64,000 nucleotides of DNA from Longimicrobiales bacterium (lineage in GTDB: Bacteria > Gemmatimonadota > Gemmatimonadetes > Longimicrobiales > Gaopeijiaceae), in the NCBI GenBank assembly GCA_965197725.1, contig CBDANQ010000051.1:1-64000 (forward strand), given 5' to 3'. Numbering within the stretch: the first letter of the stretch is position 1; each line of letters starts with the position of its first letter. The notes below the pieces were generated by a model, which was given only the letters and a program-made list of their open reading frames with translations, was not told where the DNA came from and ran no database searches. A program made the translations under genes and the position numbers. Positions 29,486 through 39,040 of the stretch are shown here, in pieces.

Positions 29486-30197
29486 ATGAGAGGGAACGCA
29501 ACGCGAGCGGGGCGGGTGGCTTCGGCCCTCGGGCTCATGCTTCTGTTCGCTTGCGGCGGCGACACTGGCATAGGTGTGGAAGATGCAGGCGGCATTGTGG
29601 GGACCCCGGATCCGTCCAACCCGCTGACGAATCCCGCTGCGTTCGACGAGCCCGCGCCGGAAGTGTTCCGCGCTCGCTTCGAGACCAGCAAGGGCAACCT
29701 CGTCATCGAGGTGCATCGGGATTGGGCCCCGATAGGGGCCGACCGGTTTTTCAACCTCGTGAAGAACGGCTACTACGACGACGTGCGCTTCTTCAGGGTC
29801 CTCGCCGGGTTTGTGGCCCAATTCGGCATGCACGGTGATCCCTTCGTCAACCAGGCCTGGGAGAACCATCCGATCCCCGACGACCCGGTCACACGAAGCA
29901 ATCTCCGATCTCCGGGGCTTCGTGACCTTCGCGACGAGCAGTGCCCCGGACTCCAGGACGACACAGGTCTTCATTAACTTCGTCGACAACTCCCACCTGG
30001 ACGACGCGGGATTCGCCCCCTTCGGGCAGGTCGAGGAGGGGATGGACGTCGTCGATCAGCTCTTTTCGGGCTACGGAGACACTCCGGTTCAGCAGAACAT
30101 CGCGACCCAGGGCAACGCGTACCTGACGAAGGACTTCCCTAACCTCGACCACGTGGAACGAGCCAGCATCGTCTTGCCCGCCATGGGGGGCCTATAA
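29486..30197 (+). pseudogene. Cyclophilin-type peptidyl-prolyl isomerase lipoprotein, frameshifted by a 7-bp duplication
   Basis: Lipobox LFAC; FETSKG..WAPIGADRFFNLV..FFRVLAGFVAQFG; ATCTCCG x2 at 29901-29914, and removing one copy gives SNLRGFVTFA..RTTQVFIN..FAPFGQV. Confidence 0.9.
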
Positions 30198-30270
30198 CGA
30201 GCCATCCCTGAGAGGCCTCATCCCCGTACTCAACCTATCGGATGACCGCTAAACTCCGCTCCCCCGCCCC

Positions 30271-30393
30271 CAAGGAGACGGCATTTCCATCGCCATCCAC
30301 GACCGAGTGGTGCGTGGTCTCGGGGCTCTCGATCGGGGGTGGCTCGCCCGTACCGGGAGTGATCTCACTTGTGGCAGCCGCCTGATCCAACAA
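30271..30393 (-). pseudogene. ggt: Short internal relic of a gamma-glutamyltransferase
   Basis: Reads ATSEITPG..ESPETTHHSVVDGDGNAVSL, the GGT autoprocessing motif (E-T-T-H-x-S-V-V-D-x-x-G-N-A-V-S); flanks absent. Confidence 0.7.
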
Positions 30394-30420
30394 GGCGGGA
30401 CCGCTACGGGTCAATTGGGC

Positions 30421-32767
30421 ATGATGAACCCCCGCGAGTCGTCTGTGCCCTGGACCGCGGTCGTTGCCCTGTTCGCGGCAACGGTGATACCCACGTGCAC
30501 CCGCGGGCTGGTTGCCCAGACGCTGACCGGCACGGGGAGCGAACAGCTCCAGGTCGAAGGCCCCACCCCACCCCGGGCGCCCGAGGTCATCAACCGCGAC
30601 AGCCTGGGCAACGCCACGGTCCGGGCGATTCGGCTGACTCAGCCATTCCACCTCGATGGCGAACTGGACGAACCTTTCTACGAGGCGACCCCCTCGTTCT
30701 CGGATTTCATCCAGAGCGTACCGGATGAGGGAGCGCCCGCGACCGAGCGCACGGAGGCATGGATTTGGTTCGACGACGAAAACGTGTATGTGTCCGCGCG
30801 CGTGTGGGACTCCGCGCCCGAGAGCGAGTGGGTGGCGAACGAATTGCGGCGCGACGGCGCTCAGGTCCGGTCGAACGACCACTTCGGCGTGATCTTCGAC
30901 ACCTTTTACGATCGTCGCAACGGGGTGTTTTTCTACACCAATCCCCTCGGTGCGCTGACCGACCTCGCGATCGCGAACGAGCGAGATGCGAACCGCGACT
31001 GGAACCCGGTCTGGGACGTGAGAACAGGTCGCTTCGAGGGCGGATGGACAGTGGAGATGCGGATCCCCTTCAAGTCGCTCCGGTACCGACCCGGCCTTCA
31101 GCAGGTATGGGGCGTGCAAATGAGACGGAACGTCGCTCGCAAGAACGAGACGAGCCATCTCACGTTCATCCCCAGGTCGGTGGCCAGCGGAGCTATGCGG
31201 ATCTCGATGGGGGGCACGCTGGTCGGGCTAAGAGGCGCCGCGCACGAGCCGGGTGTTCGAAGTCAAGCCGTATGGCATTTCCGGTCTCGACACCAACCTC
31301 ACGGCCGATCCCCCAGTCCGGAACCATCTCGACGCTGACGCGGGGGTGGACCTCAAGATCGGCATCACCAACAATCTGACGGCAGATTTCACGCTCAACA
31401 CCGAGTTCGCACAGGTCGAGGCGGACGAGCAGCAGGTCAACCTCACGCGGTTCAGCCTCTTCTTCCCCGAGAAGAGGGAGTTCTTTCTCGAAGGGCGAGG
31501 AATCTTCGGCTTCGCGGAACCCGCCACCGGCGGTGGCCGTCGCCGAGGCCGAGGCCGAGGCACCCCAGCCGCCGGAGTGAGCGCGCCCACGCTTTTCTTC
31601 AGCCGGCAAATCGGCTTCCAGGCAGGAGAGCCGGTGCCGATCCTCGGCGGCGGTCGAGTGACCGGGAAGGTGGGGTCCTTCGATGTCGGCGCGATGAGCA
31701 TCCAAACGGACGACCTCCCAAGCACAGGCGCCGAATCCACGAATTTCTCGGTGCTACGGCTCCGTCGGGACATCCTCCGGAGGAGCAGCATCGGGGTCGT
31801 GTTGGAGAACCGATCGGAATCCACGCTCGCGCCGGGATCCAATCAGGTGTACGGAGTGGACGCCACGTTCTCGTTCTTCGACAACGTGAACTTGCTCACG
31901 TACTACGCCAAGACGGAAACCGAGGGGCTGACGGGCCCGGACCAGAGCTACCGGGGCCGCTTCAGCTACGGCGGGGACGTATGGGGGCTTCAGGTCGATC
32001 ATCTTCTGGTAGGAGAGGACTTCAACCCGGAGCTCGGCTTCGTGCCGCGGAAGGGATTCCGACAGAGCTTCCTCTCCGGTCGGTACAGCCCGCGGCCGGC
32101 ATCCATTGAGTGGATCCGACAGGTGACCCTCCAGGCGCACATCAACTACGTGGAGAACGCCGAGGCGGGGTTCGTCGAGACCCGGGAGCGACAGGGAAGT
32201 TTCCGAACCGAATTCGAGAACAGCGACTTGTTCAACGCGGATTTCACCGACAGCTACGAGAACCTGACCGAGCCCTTCTCGATCGCGTCCGGCGTGACGA
32301 TCCCCGTGGGCCGATACACCTTCCGTGACGTGCACCTGAGGTACGACTTCGGTGTCCAGCGCCCGTACTCGGGGAATCTCTCGGTGCGAAGAGGCAGCTT
32401 CTTCGGGGGCAACCGAACCTCGGTTGGGTTTCAGCAGGCCAGGATCGAAATCCTGCCTCAACTCTCCGTCGAGCCGAACGTCTCGTTCAACTGGGTCAAC
32501 CTGCCCCAGGGCGACTTTACTCAGCATGTCGTCGCGACGCGCGTCAGCTACAGCTTCTCGCCCCGCGTGTTTCTGAGCGGACTTATCCAGTACAGTACCA
32601 GTAGCGACAGCTTCAGCTCGAATCTGCGCCTGCGCTGGGAGTACGCCCCCGGCAGCGAGATCTTCGTCGTGTACACGGAAGAGCGCGATACGGACGTGTT
32701 CGACCGGTTCTCCGAGCTGTCCAACCGGGGGCTCGTGATCAAGGTGAACCGATTATTCCGCCTCTGA
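30421..32767 (+). pseudogene. DUF5916 outer-membrane protein with CBM9-like N-terminus, +1 frameshift at 31230-31231
   Basis: LDGELDE, DTFYDRRNG and GWTVEMRIPFKSLRY; removing one A restores LEAPRTSRVFEVKPY; EFAQVEADEQQVNLTRFSLFFPEKREFFLEG. Confidence 0.87.
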
Positions 32768-33045
32768 CGAAGAGCGCGCGGGAGACACGGTGATCCGCTG
32801 CCACGCAGGCGGGGGCGACGCAAGACGTTTCTGAGCGCCCAAGCTGCGGTGGTGCGAACCATTTCCCGAAGCACCCCGAACGAGCGGTTTATCGAGCGTG
32901 TGACCCCGATCGGTGCGCTGCGACCAGCTCGACCGCCTCGTCGCGGGCTGGGCGGGGACGACGGTCGCGTCGTGAGGAGCCTGGAGTCCCCGGGGATTAG
33001 CTCCCCGGGGTGGCTTCATCTGGTTCTACCGAGCCCCGACAGCGG

Positions 33046-33831
33046 CTACCGCGAGAAGACAGACATGTCCAGCTCGGGGTTGAACTCGAAGTCGTGCGTG
33101 TAGAGCACCTTGGTCAGCATGCCGTCGACGTTGAAGTGCACCCGGCGGCCGACGAAGATGTAGCCGTCGACGGTGCGGATGTCCTCGAAGCGGAGGTGAC
33201 TGAAGTTCGTCCGGCCCTCCTCGCGGTACGCGAGCTCGACCGGCCACGTCGTGCCGTCCTCGAACCAGTAACGCCACGTGTCGCCGTCGTGGAGCCCGAC
33301 GCCCTCCCCGAAGGTCACGGATACGAGATGGCGCCCGTCTTCCTGGACGCCCTGGTCGTGCAGGTTCACTCCGGGATCGCGGAGCTTGAACGGAAGGCTG
33401 ATCCAGTAGTTGACGTCGCCCGAGACGTACTGAACCTGATCGTAGTCCATGTCCCCCCCGGACAGAAACTCGCCGTTCATCGTGGCCCACGCGGTCGTCC
33501 CGTCCCAACCCTGGACGATGAAGTCGTTTCCTTCCCAGCGCTCGATGCGCGTGAGCTCACCGGCGTCGGTCCGCGCGATTGTTACATACCGCGGCCGTGT
33601 ACGTCGGAGACGTCCACTCTCGGTGTCGTAGATCTCGGTCGTCAGTGCGTAGCGCGCGCTCTTGAGCGGCCCATACGCCTCGAGCCCTCCAAGCGCGGCG
33701 ATCCAGTTGTCGACCAGCGAGTCGGCGTTCGCTTCGTCGAGCTCGGGCGCGGCCGCAGCCGGCGGCGGAGTTGGCAGCGACGTCCAAGCTACGACGGTCA
33801 ACGCCAGTATGACGAAAACGGTCCGCTTCAT
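33046..33831 (-). CDS. Secreted hypothetical protein (DUF6503/LolA-like fold possible)
   Basis: Signal peptide; WIAALGG, YWISLPFKLRDPGVNL and C-terminal NPELDMSVF. Confidence 0.75.
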   Translation of the reverse strand: MKRTVFVILALTVVAWTSLPTPPPAAAAPELDEANADSLVDNWIAALGGLEAYGPLKSARYALTTEIYDTESGRLRRTRPRYVTIARTDAGELTRIERWEGNDFIVQGWDGTTAWATMNGEFLSGGDMDYDQVQYVSGDVNYWISLPFKLRDPGVNLHDQGVQEDGRHLVSVTFGEGVGLHDGDTWRYWFEDGTTWPVELAYREEGRTNFSHLRFEDIRTVDGYIFVGRRVHFNVDGMLTKVLYTHDFEFNPELDMSVFSR

Positions 33832-34431
33832 CGTGGGCCCCCTGGGATTCGGTACTCAGACTATCAGACTCCAGGGATACGTCTTCTTGCTCCTTCGCGC
33901 TACTCCGCATTGTCAGCGGGTCCCGCTCAGGCGCGCGGTGACCTTGTCGGACGAGCGGCCCGACAGCTCGACGCGATCCGCCGGCCGCCGGACATGTGGC
34001 GTGGCATCCTCTTGGGAGGGAAGCGCGATCCTCGCGTACGGAGGGTTGGGCGTCGATCTCGACGTCGCGGTCGGCGTCTCGATCCTCCAGCACTGTTGAA
34101 GGGCTCGAGAGGGAAGTCGACGTCGAGTATCATGCGCATAGTGGATCGCTCCGGTTCGACGGTTCGTGGGGCGCGCAGAGTAGGGTCCGGCGCCGTCTGC
34201 GGCCAGCGAGGCCGACGATGCGACCCATCCCTCTGGTGATTCGCCCCCAGATGAGAACCGATGCAGCGAACGGGCAAGAACGGGTACCTGACGTCCTTGC
34301 CAACAGCCTGAAGGTCGCGGCTCCTGAGCCAGGGAGTGGCGTTGTGGCATGCCTTTCCGAATCCCGGCGCCTCGGGATACGTTGCACGGCTGCTTTCATT
34401 TGCTCCTTCCCTCTGCTCCACGGCAATGCCC

Positions 34432-36036
34432 ATGAACCAGTGTCCGCGTCCTGCGATTCGTCGCTGGCTCCGAACCCTCTCGTTCACCGTGCCGTTACTC
34501 GCCGCTGCTTTCCCCGGGCGCTCGTTCGCCCAGACCTTCCGTACGGACGATCCGGTCATCCGGCGAATATGGGATCTGGGGATGAACGCTTCGCAGACGG
34601 AAGAACTGGCGCACCGCTTGATCGACTCCATCGGCCCTCGTCTGGCTGGATCTCCGGAGCTGTTAGCCGCTCAGGACTGGCTGATGTCGACATACCAGTC
34701 CTGGGGCGTCGAGGCCCGCAAGGAGGAATACGGGGAGTGGCGCGGATGGCGGCAGGGCACGCTGCACGTCGATCTGGTGGCACCCCGCGTTCAGACGCTG
34801 GACGCGGAGATGCTGGCCTGGAGTCCGGCCACGAACGGCCCGGTCGACGGCACGGTGGTTATGCCCCCGATGGGCCTGACCCCGGCGAATCTGCCCGCGT
34901 GGCTGGAGAGCGTGCGGGGACGGTTCGTGATGATCTCCGCGCCCGAGCCGATGTGCCGGGCGCCACAGGAGCTAACGGCCAACGCGCGCCCCGAGACCGT
35001 CGCTGGCATAGGGACGCAGCGCGCGGAGCTACGGCGGTCCTGGGCTCAGAGAGTGGGCCCTCTCGGGCCCACGCAGGACGATCGCGAGATCCTGCTGGAC
35101 GAGGCAGGCGCGGCGGGGATCCTCTCCTCACGCTGGTCCAACGGCTGGGGGGTGAACAAGGTGTTTGACACGGCGGCCCGGCGCGCGGTCTCTCTCGACC
35201 TCTCCTGCGAGGACTATGGCCTCCTGTATCGCATGGCCATCCGGGGGCAGGAGCCTGTCATCCGCGTCGACGCGGATTCAGAGGAGCTGGGGATGAACCC
35301 CCTCTTCAACGTGATCGCCGAGCTCCCAGGCACCGAGCTGCCGGACGAGTATGTGTTGCTCTCCGCGCACCTCGATTCCTGGCACGCAGCGACCGGCGCG
35401 ACCGACAACGGAACGGGCTCGATCATGATGCTAGAGGCCATGCGGATCCTCAAGGACGCGTATCCGAACCCCCGCCGCACCATCCTGGTTGGCCACTGGG
35501 GCCCCGAGGAAGTAGGCCTGACGGGGTCCCGATCGTTCACGGAGGACCACCCGGAGGTGCTCGAAGGGCTCCAGGTGATGTTCAATCAGGACAACGGGAC
35601 GTGGCGCGTCGAACGCATCGAGGGGCAGGGGTACCTCCATTCGGGCCAGAGCATCGGCCGCTGGATCACGCAGGTGCCGCCCGAGATCAGCGACCACATT
35701 ACGCTCGAGTTCCCCGGAGCCCAGAACAACTCGGGCAGCGACCACACGTCGTTTGTGTGCCACGGCGTGCCGGCGTTCCGGTTCCAGTCGGCGTATGACG
35801 AGTACCGGCAATATACGTGGCATACCAACCGTGACACCTACGACAAGATCGTCTTCGACGACCTGAAGGAGAACGCAACGCTGGCCGCGATGATGACCTA
35901 CGCCGCGTCGGAGGATTCTGAGCGGGTGTCGAGGGAGGTCAGTGTTCTGCCGCCGAATCCGCGGACCGGTCAGCCCCGTGCGTGGCCCACGTGCCGGCCG
36001 GCCCGACGGAGTTCAACGCCGAGCCTGCGACGGTGA
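34432..36036 (+). CDS. M28 family peptidase (carboxypeptidase Q-like)
   Basis: IGPRLAGS, SAHLDSW, GATDNGTG, EEVGLTGS, SDHTSF and WHTNRDTYDK. Confidence 0.92.
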   Translation: MNQCPRPAIRRWLRTLSFTVPLLAAAFPGRSFAQTFRTDDPVIRRIWDLGMNASQTEELAHRLIDSIGPRLAGSPELLAAQDWLMSTYQSWGVEARKEEYGEWRGWRQGTLHVDLVAPRVQTLDAEMLAWSPATNGPVDGTVVMPPMGLTPANLPAWLESVRGRFVMISAPEPMCRAPQELTANARPETVAGIGTQRAELRRSWAQRVGPLGPTQDDREILLDEAGAAGILSSRWSNGWGVNKVFDTAARRAVSLDLSCEDYGLLYRMAIRGQEPVIRVDADSEELGMNPLFNVIAELPGTELPDEYVLLSAHLDSWHAATGATDNGTGSIMMLEAMRILKDAYPNPRRTILVGHWGPEEVGLTGSRSFTEDHPEVLEGLQVMFNQDNGTWRVERIEGQGYLHSGQSIGRWITQVPPEISDHITLEFPGAQNNSGSDHTSFVCHGVPAFRFQSAYDEYRQYTWHTNRDTYDKIVFDDLKENATLAAMMTYAASEDSERVSREVSVLPPNPRTGQPRAWPTCRPARRSSTPSLRR

Positions 36037-36135
36037 AGACGGACGAACGGTAGCGATCGCGGACTACGTACGTCCAGCCTCGGCTTCGCACTCGGGGCTG
36101 CCGCCCAAGTTGGAAGCGGCACCAGCCGCGGCGGA

Positions 36136-36207
36136 TTGAGGCGCGCCCGCCGTCGCCCTATCTTCCGGCCCCACGGGAGGGGTGTACCGACCCGGTCACC
36201 CCCCGTG
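36136..36207 (+). promoter_or_regulatory. Sigma70-like promoter followed by a 5' UTR hairpin
   Basis: TTGAGG (36136)-17 bp-TATCTT (36159); hairpin CACGG..GGGGTG.ACCG/CGGT.CACCCC.CCGTG at 36172-36207. Confidence 0.5.
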
Positions 36208-36235
36208 AACGTGCTCGAAGCCCTCCGAGGAGGCA

Positions 36236-37231
36236 TTGTTGACTCCAGATTCCGGCACCCCGCTGCGCGTGCTCTTCATCGAGGACGCATTCGACCATGC
36301 CCTCCTGGTGAAGGCGTTTCTGTCGGGGGCGGGCGGGTACGAGGTCACCCACTCCCAAGACGGCGACCAAGCAGTCCGGTTGATCCAAGATCAGGAATGG
36401 GATCTGGTGGTCACGGACCTGAACCTCCCAGGTACGGACGGCTTCGAGGTCATTCGCGTGGCGCGCGCCAAGGACCCCGATCTCCCGATCCTCGCGACCA
36501 CGGGCTATACCGAGCAGGTCTACCACGATCGGGCTATGAGCGCGGGCGCCGCGAAGGTGCTCACGAAGCCGCTCGACAGGGACGGATTCCTCGAGGCCGT
36601 GAGCGGCCTCCTGGGAGCGGACGTCGAGCCAAGCCCAACGAGCGGCGCGATCTTGGCCGTGGGGGGTCTCGCGGGCGATGTCGAGATGGGGTGTGGCGGC
36701 ACGCTCATGCAGGCCGCCGCCGAAGGCCACACCGTCGTGGTAGTGCCCTTGTGCCGTGACGAGATGGACCCCGCCGACGCCGCACTGGAGGCCTCCAAGG
36801 CCGCATGCCGCGTGCTGGGGATTCATATCGTGGTTGACGAAGCGGCGCTCGACGACACGAAGCGTCGCGTCACCGTCATGCGAAAGGCTGTAGCGGATTT
36901 GCGGCCGGGCGTGGTTTACGTCCCGTCGATGGACGACAGCCACCCGGCCCGCATGGACGCGTTCCGGGTCGCAACGGGCGCCACCGCCGATGTGGCGACC
37001 GTGCTCGCCTATCAAACCGCGACGACCCGAATGGAGTACCACCCCAAGCACTTCATCGACGTCACCGACCAGATGGCCACCAAGTTGGAGGCACTCTCGC
37101 ACTTCCAGTCAGCGAGCAGGGGTAGGGTGGACCTGCGCCCGGAGATCGCGCGCGCCTATGCGCACTACTGGGGTCGGCACAGGCGCTTCAGGCAGGTCGA
37201 GGCGTTCGAGGTGATCCAGGGGAGTGTCTAG
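36236..37231 (+). CDS. Response regulator receiver domain fused to a degenerate PIG-L/LmbE deacetylase domain
   Basis: REC: IED, VTDLNLPGTDG, TGY, KP. PIG-L-like: DVEMGCGGT, DSHP, FIDVT..KLEALSHFQS, EAFEV. Confidence 0.85.
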   Translation: MLTPDSGTPLRVLFIEDAFDHALLVKAFLSGAGGYEVTHSQDGDQAVRLIQDQEWDLVVTDLNLPGTDGFEVIRVARAKDPDLPILATTGYTEQVYHDRAMSAGAAKVLTKPLDRDGFLEAVSGLLGADVEPSPTSGAILAVGGLAGDVEMGCGGTLMQAAAEGHTVVVVPLCRDEMDPADAALEASKAACRVLGIHIVVDEAALDDTKRRVTVMRKAVADLRPGVVYVPSMDDSHPARMDAFRVATGATADVATVLAYQTATTRMEYHPKHFIDVTDQMATKLEALSHFQSASRGRVDLRPEIARAYAHYWGRHRRFRQVEAFEVIQGSV

Positions 37232-38186
37232 CGCCATGCACCTAGAGTTCGAGCGCGACATCATGGAAGTCCAGGCCCAGATCGACAGACTGCTCGATCT
37301 GGCCGACCGAAGGGGCATCGACGTCACCGATGAGGTGGAGCTCCTGAGAGCCAAGCTCAGGGAGCTCAGAGGGCAGACTTACGAAAACCTGCGACCCATC
37401 GAGCAGGTTCAGGTCGCTCGTCATCCCCAGCGTCCGTATACGCTCGACTACATCGAACGGATCTTCACGGATTGGCTCGAGCTCCACGGAGACCGTGCGT
37501 TTCGTGACGACGAAGCGATCGTGGGCGGTTGGGCCCGGCTGTGCGGGACGTCCGTCATGGTCATCGGCCACCAGAAAGGCCGGGACATGAAGGACAACCT
37601 GCGCCGCAACTTCGGAATGCCGCACCCGGAAGGGTACCGGAAGGCGCTCCGTCTCATGAAGCAGGCGGAAAAATTCGGGAGGCCCGTGATCACCCTGATC
37701 GACACGCCTGGGGCGTATCCCGGCATTGGCGCCGAAGAGCGTGGACAGGCCGAAGCGATCGCGAGCAATCTGCGCGAGATGGCCCGTCTGCGGAGCCCGC
37801 TCATCAGCGTCGTGGTCGGCGAGGGTGGATCGGGCGGGGCTCTGGCGCTCGGGGTCACCGACCGCATCTTGATGCTTGAGCACTCGGTCTACTCGGTCAT
37901 CTCCCCTGAGGGGTGCGCGTCGATCCTATGGCGTTCCGCCGAGCATCGCGAAAGGGCTGCGACGGCGCTGCGGCTCACGTCCAAGGACCTGGTGGAGTTG
38001 GGCATTTGCGACGAGGTCATTGACGAGCCCCTGGGCGGTGCGCATGCCGACTGGGACGTCACCGCCGAACGGGTCGGGGACGCGCTGGAGCGTCACCTGA
38101 ACCACCTGAGTGCGCTGTCCCCCGAGGCCCTGCTCGAGAGCCGGTGGGCCAAGTACGCGGCCATCGGCGCGTGGTACGAGGCCTAG
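37224..38186 (+). CDS. accA: Acetyl-CoA carboxylase carboxyltransferase alpha subunit
   Basis: ARHPQRPYTLDY, ELHGDRAF, RNFGMPHPEGYRKALR and GEGGSGGALA. Confidence 0.97.
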   Translation: MSSAMHLEFERDIMEVQAQIDRLLDLADRRGIDVTDEVELLRAKLRELRGQTYENLRPIEQVQVARHPQRPYTLDYIERIFTDWLELHGDRAFRDDEAIVGGWARLCGTSVMVIGHQKGRDMKDNLRRNFGMPHPEGYRKALRLMKQAEKFGRPVITLIDTPGAYPGIGAEERGQAEAIASNLREMARLRSPLISVVVGEGGSGGALALGVTDRILMLEHSVYSVISPEGCASILWRSAEHRERAATALRLTSKDLVELGICDEVIDEPLGGAHADWDVTAERVGDALERHLNHLSALSPEALLESRWAKYAAIGAWYEA

Positions 38187-38194
38187 GAAACCAA

Positions 38195-39040
38195 GTGCCG
38201 GGCTTCGCTGAGATCAGCTTCAAGGGCACGCGCAAGGACTACTACGCGTATCAGGGCCTCGACCTGCGTCCGGGTCAGCACGTGATCGTCGAGGCCGATC
38301 GTGGTGAGGACATGGGTGAAGTGTCCGCGGTTGGGGCAATCGCCGAGAGGAAGTGCTCATCGTCGAGCGGCGGCTGCGCCACCCCGGCCCCCGAACGCCG
38401 AGTGCTCCGCTTCGCACGCGCGGACGAAGCCTCGCGGGCGCAAACGCTTCGCACGGACGAGGATCGAGTGCGTTCGCAAGCACGAACCCTCGTCGCGAAG
38501 CACGAGCTCAAGATGAAGGTCACCGAGGCCGAGTGGCAGTTCGATCGCAACAAGCTGATCATCTACTTCACGGCAGAGAAACGAGTCGACTTCCGGCAGC
38601 TCGTGCGCGACCTGGCCCGCACCTTCCGGACGCGCATCGAACTCAAGCAGATCGGCGCGCGCGACGAGGCCGCGCTGCTCGGCGGTGTTGGACGTTGCGG
38701 CCGGGAGCTGTGCTCCTCGACCTGGCTACCCGAACTCAAGCCGGTTTCCCTCCAGCTCGCCAAGGACCAGCACCTCTCACTGAATCCCGCGCAGATCAGT
38801 GGCTGCTGCGGACGCCTCATGTGCTGCCTGATGTACGAGCACCGTACGTACGTCGAGGCCAGACGGCGGTTCCCCAGGGAGGGACAAAGGATCCGCACCG
38901 CGATGGGGCACGAGCGAGTAGCCGCCGTGGACATCTGGAACGACACGGTCTCGCTCAAGAACGACGAGGGCGAGCGGCGCACGATCTCGCTGGACGAACT
39001 GAAGGGCGAGGTCAGCCAGCCACCGGGGGAGTCACCTTGA
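38195..39040 (+). CDS. ricT: PSP1/RicT (YaaT) family regulatory Fe-S protein
   Basis: YFTAEKRVDFRQLVRDLA, GRCGRELC and ISGCCGRLMCCLMYE. Confidence 0.9.
   Translation: MPGFAEISFKGTRKDYYAYQGLDLRPGQHVIVEADRGEDMGEVSAVGAIAERKCSSSSGGCATPAPERRVLRFARADEASRAQTLRTDEDRVRSQARTLVAKHELKMKVTEAEWQFDRNKLIIYFTAEKRVDFRQLVRDLARTFRTRIELKQIGARDEAALLGGVGRCGRELCSSTWLPELKPVSLQLAKDQHLSLNPAQISGCCGRLMCCLMYEHRTYVEARRRFPREGQRIRTAMGHERVAAVDIWNDTVSLKNDEGERRTISLDELKGEVSQPPGESP

Noticed and set aside
34085..34140. MRMILDVDFPLEPFN, resembling the start of a small conserved protein family
   Set aside because: Only about 16 codons with no continuation; too short to call, though it may be another relic.
38353..39036. N-terminal extension of MetG (and similar extensions on ORFs 4812, 13977 and 60913)
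   Set aside because: These are open frames overlapping upstream genes or spacers. Homology begins at the downstream starts used in the feature list.
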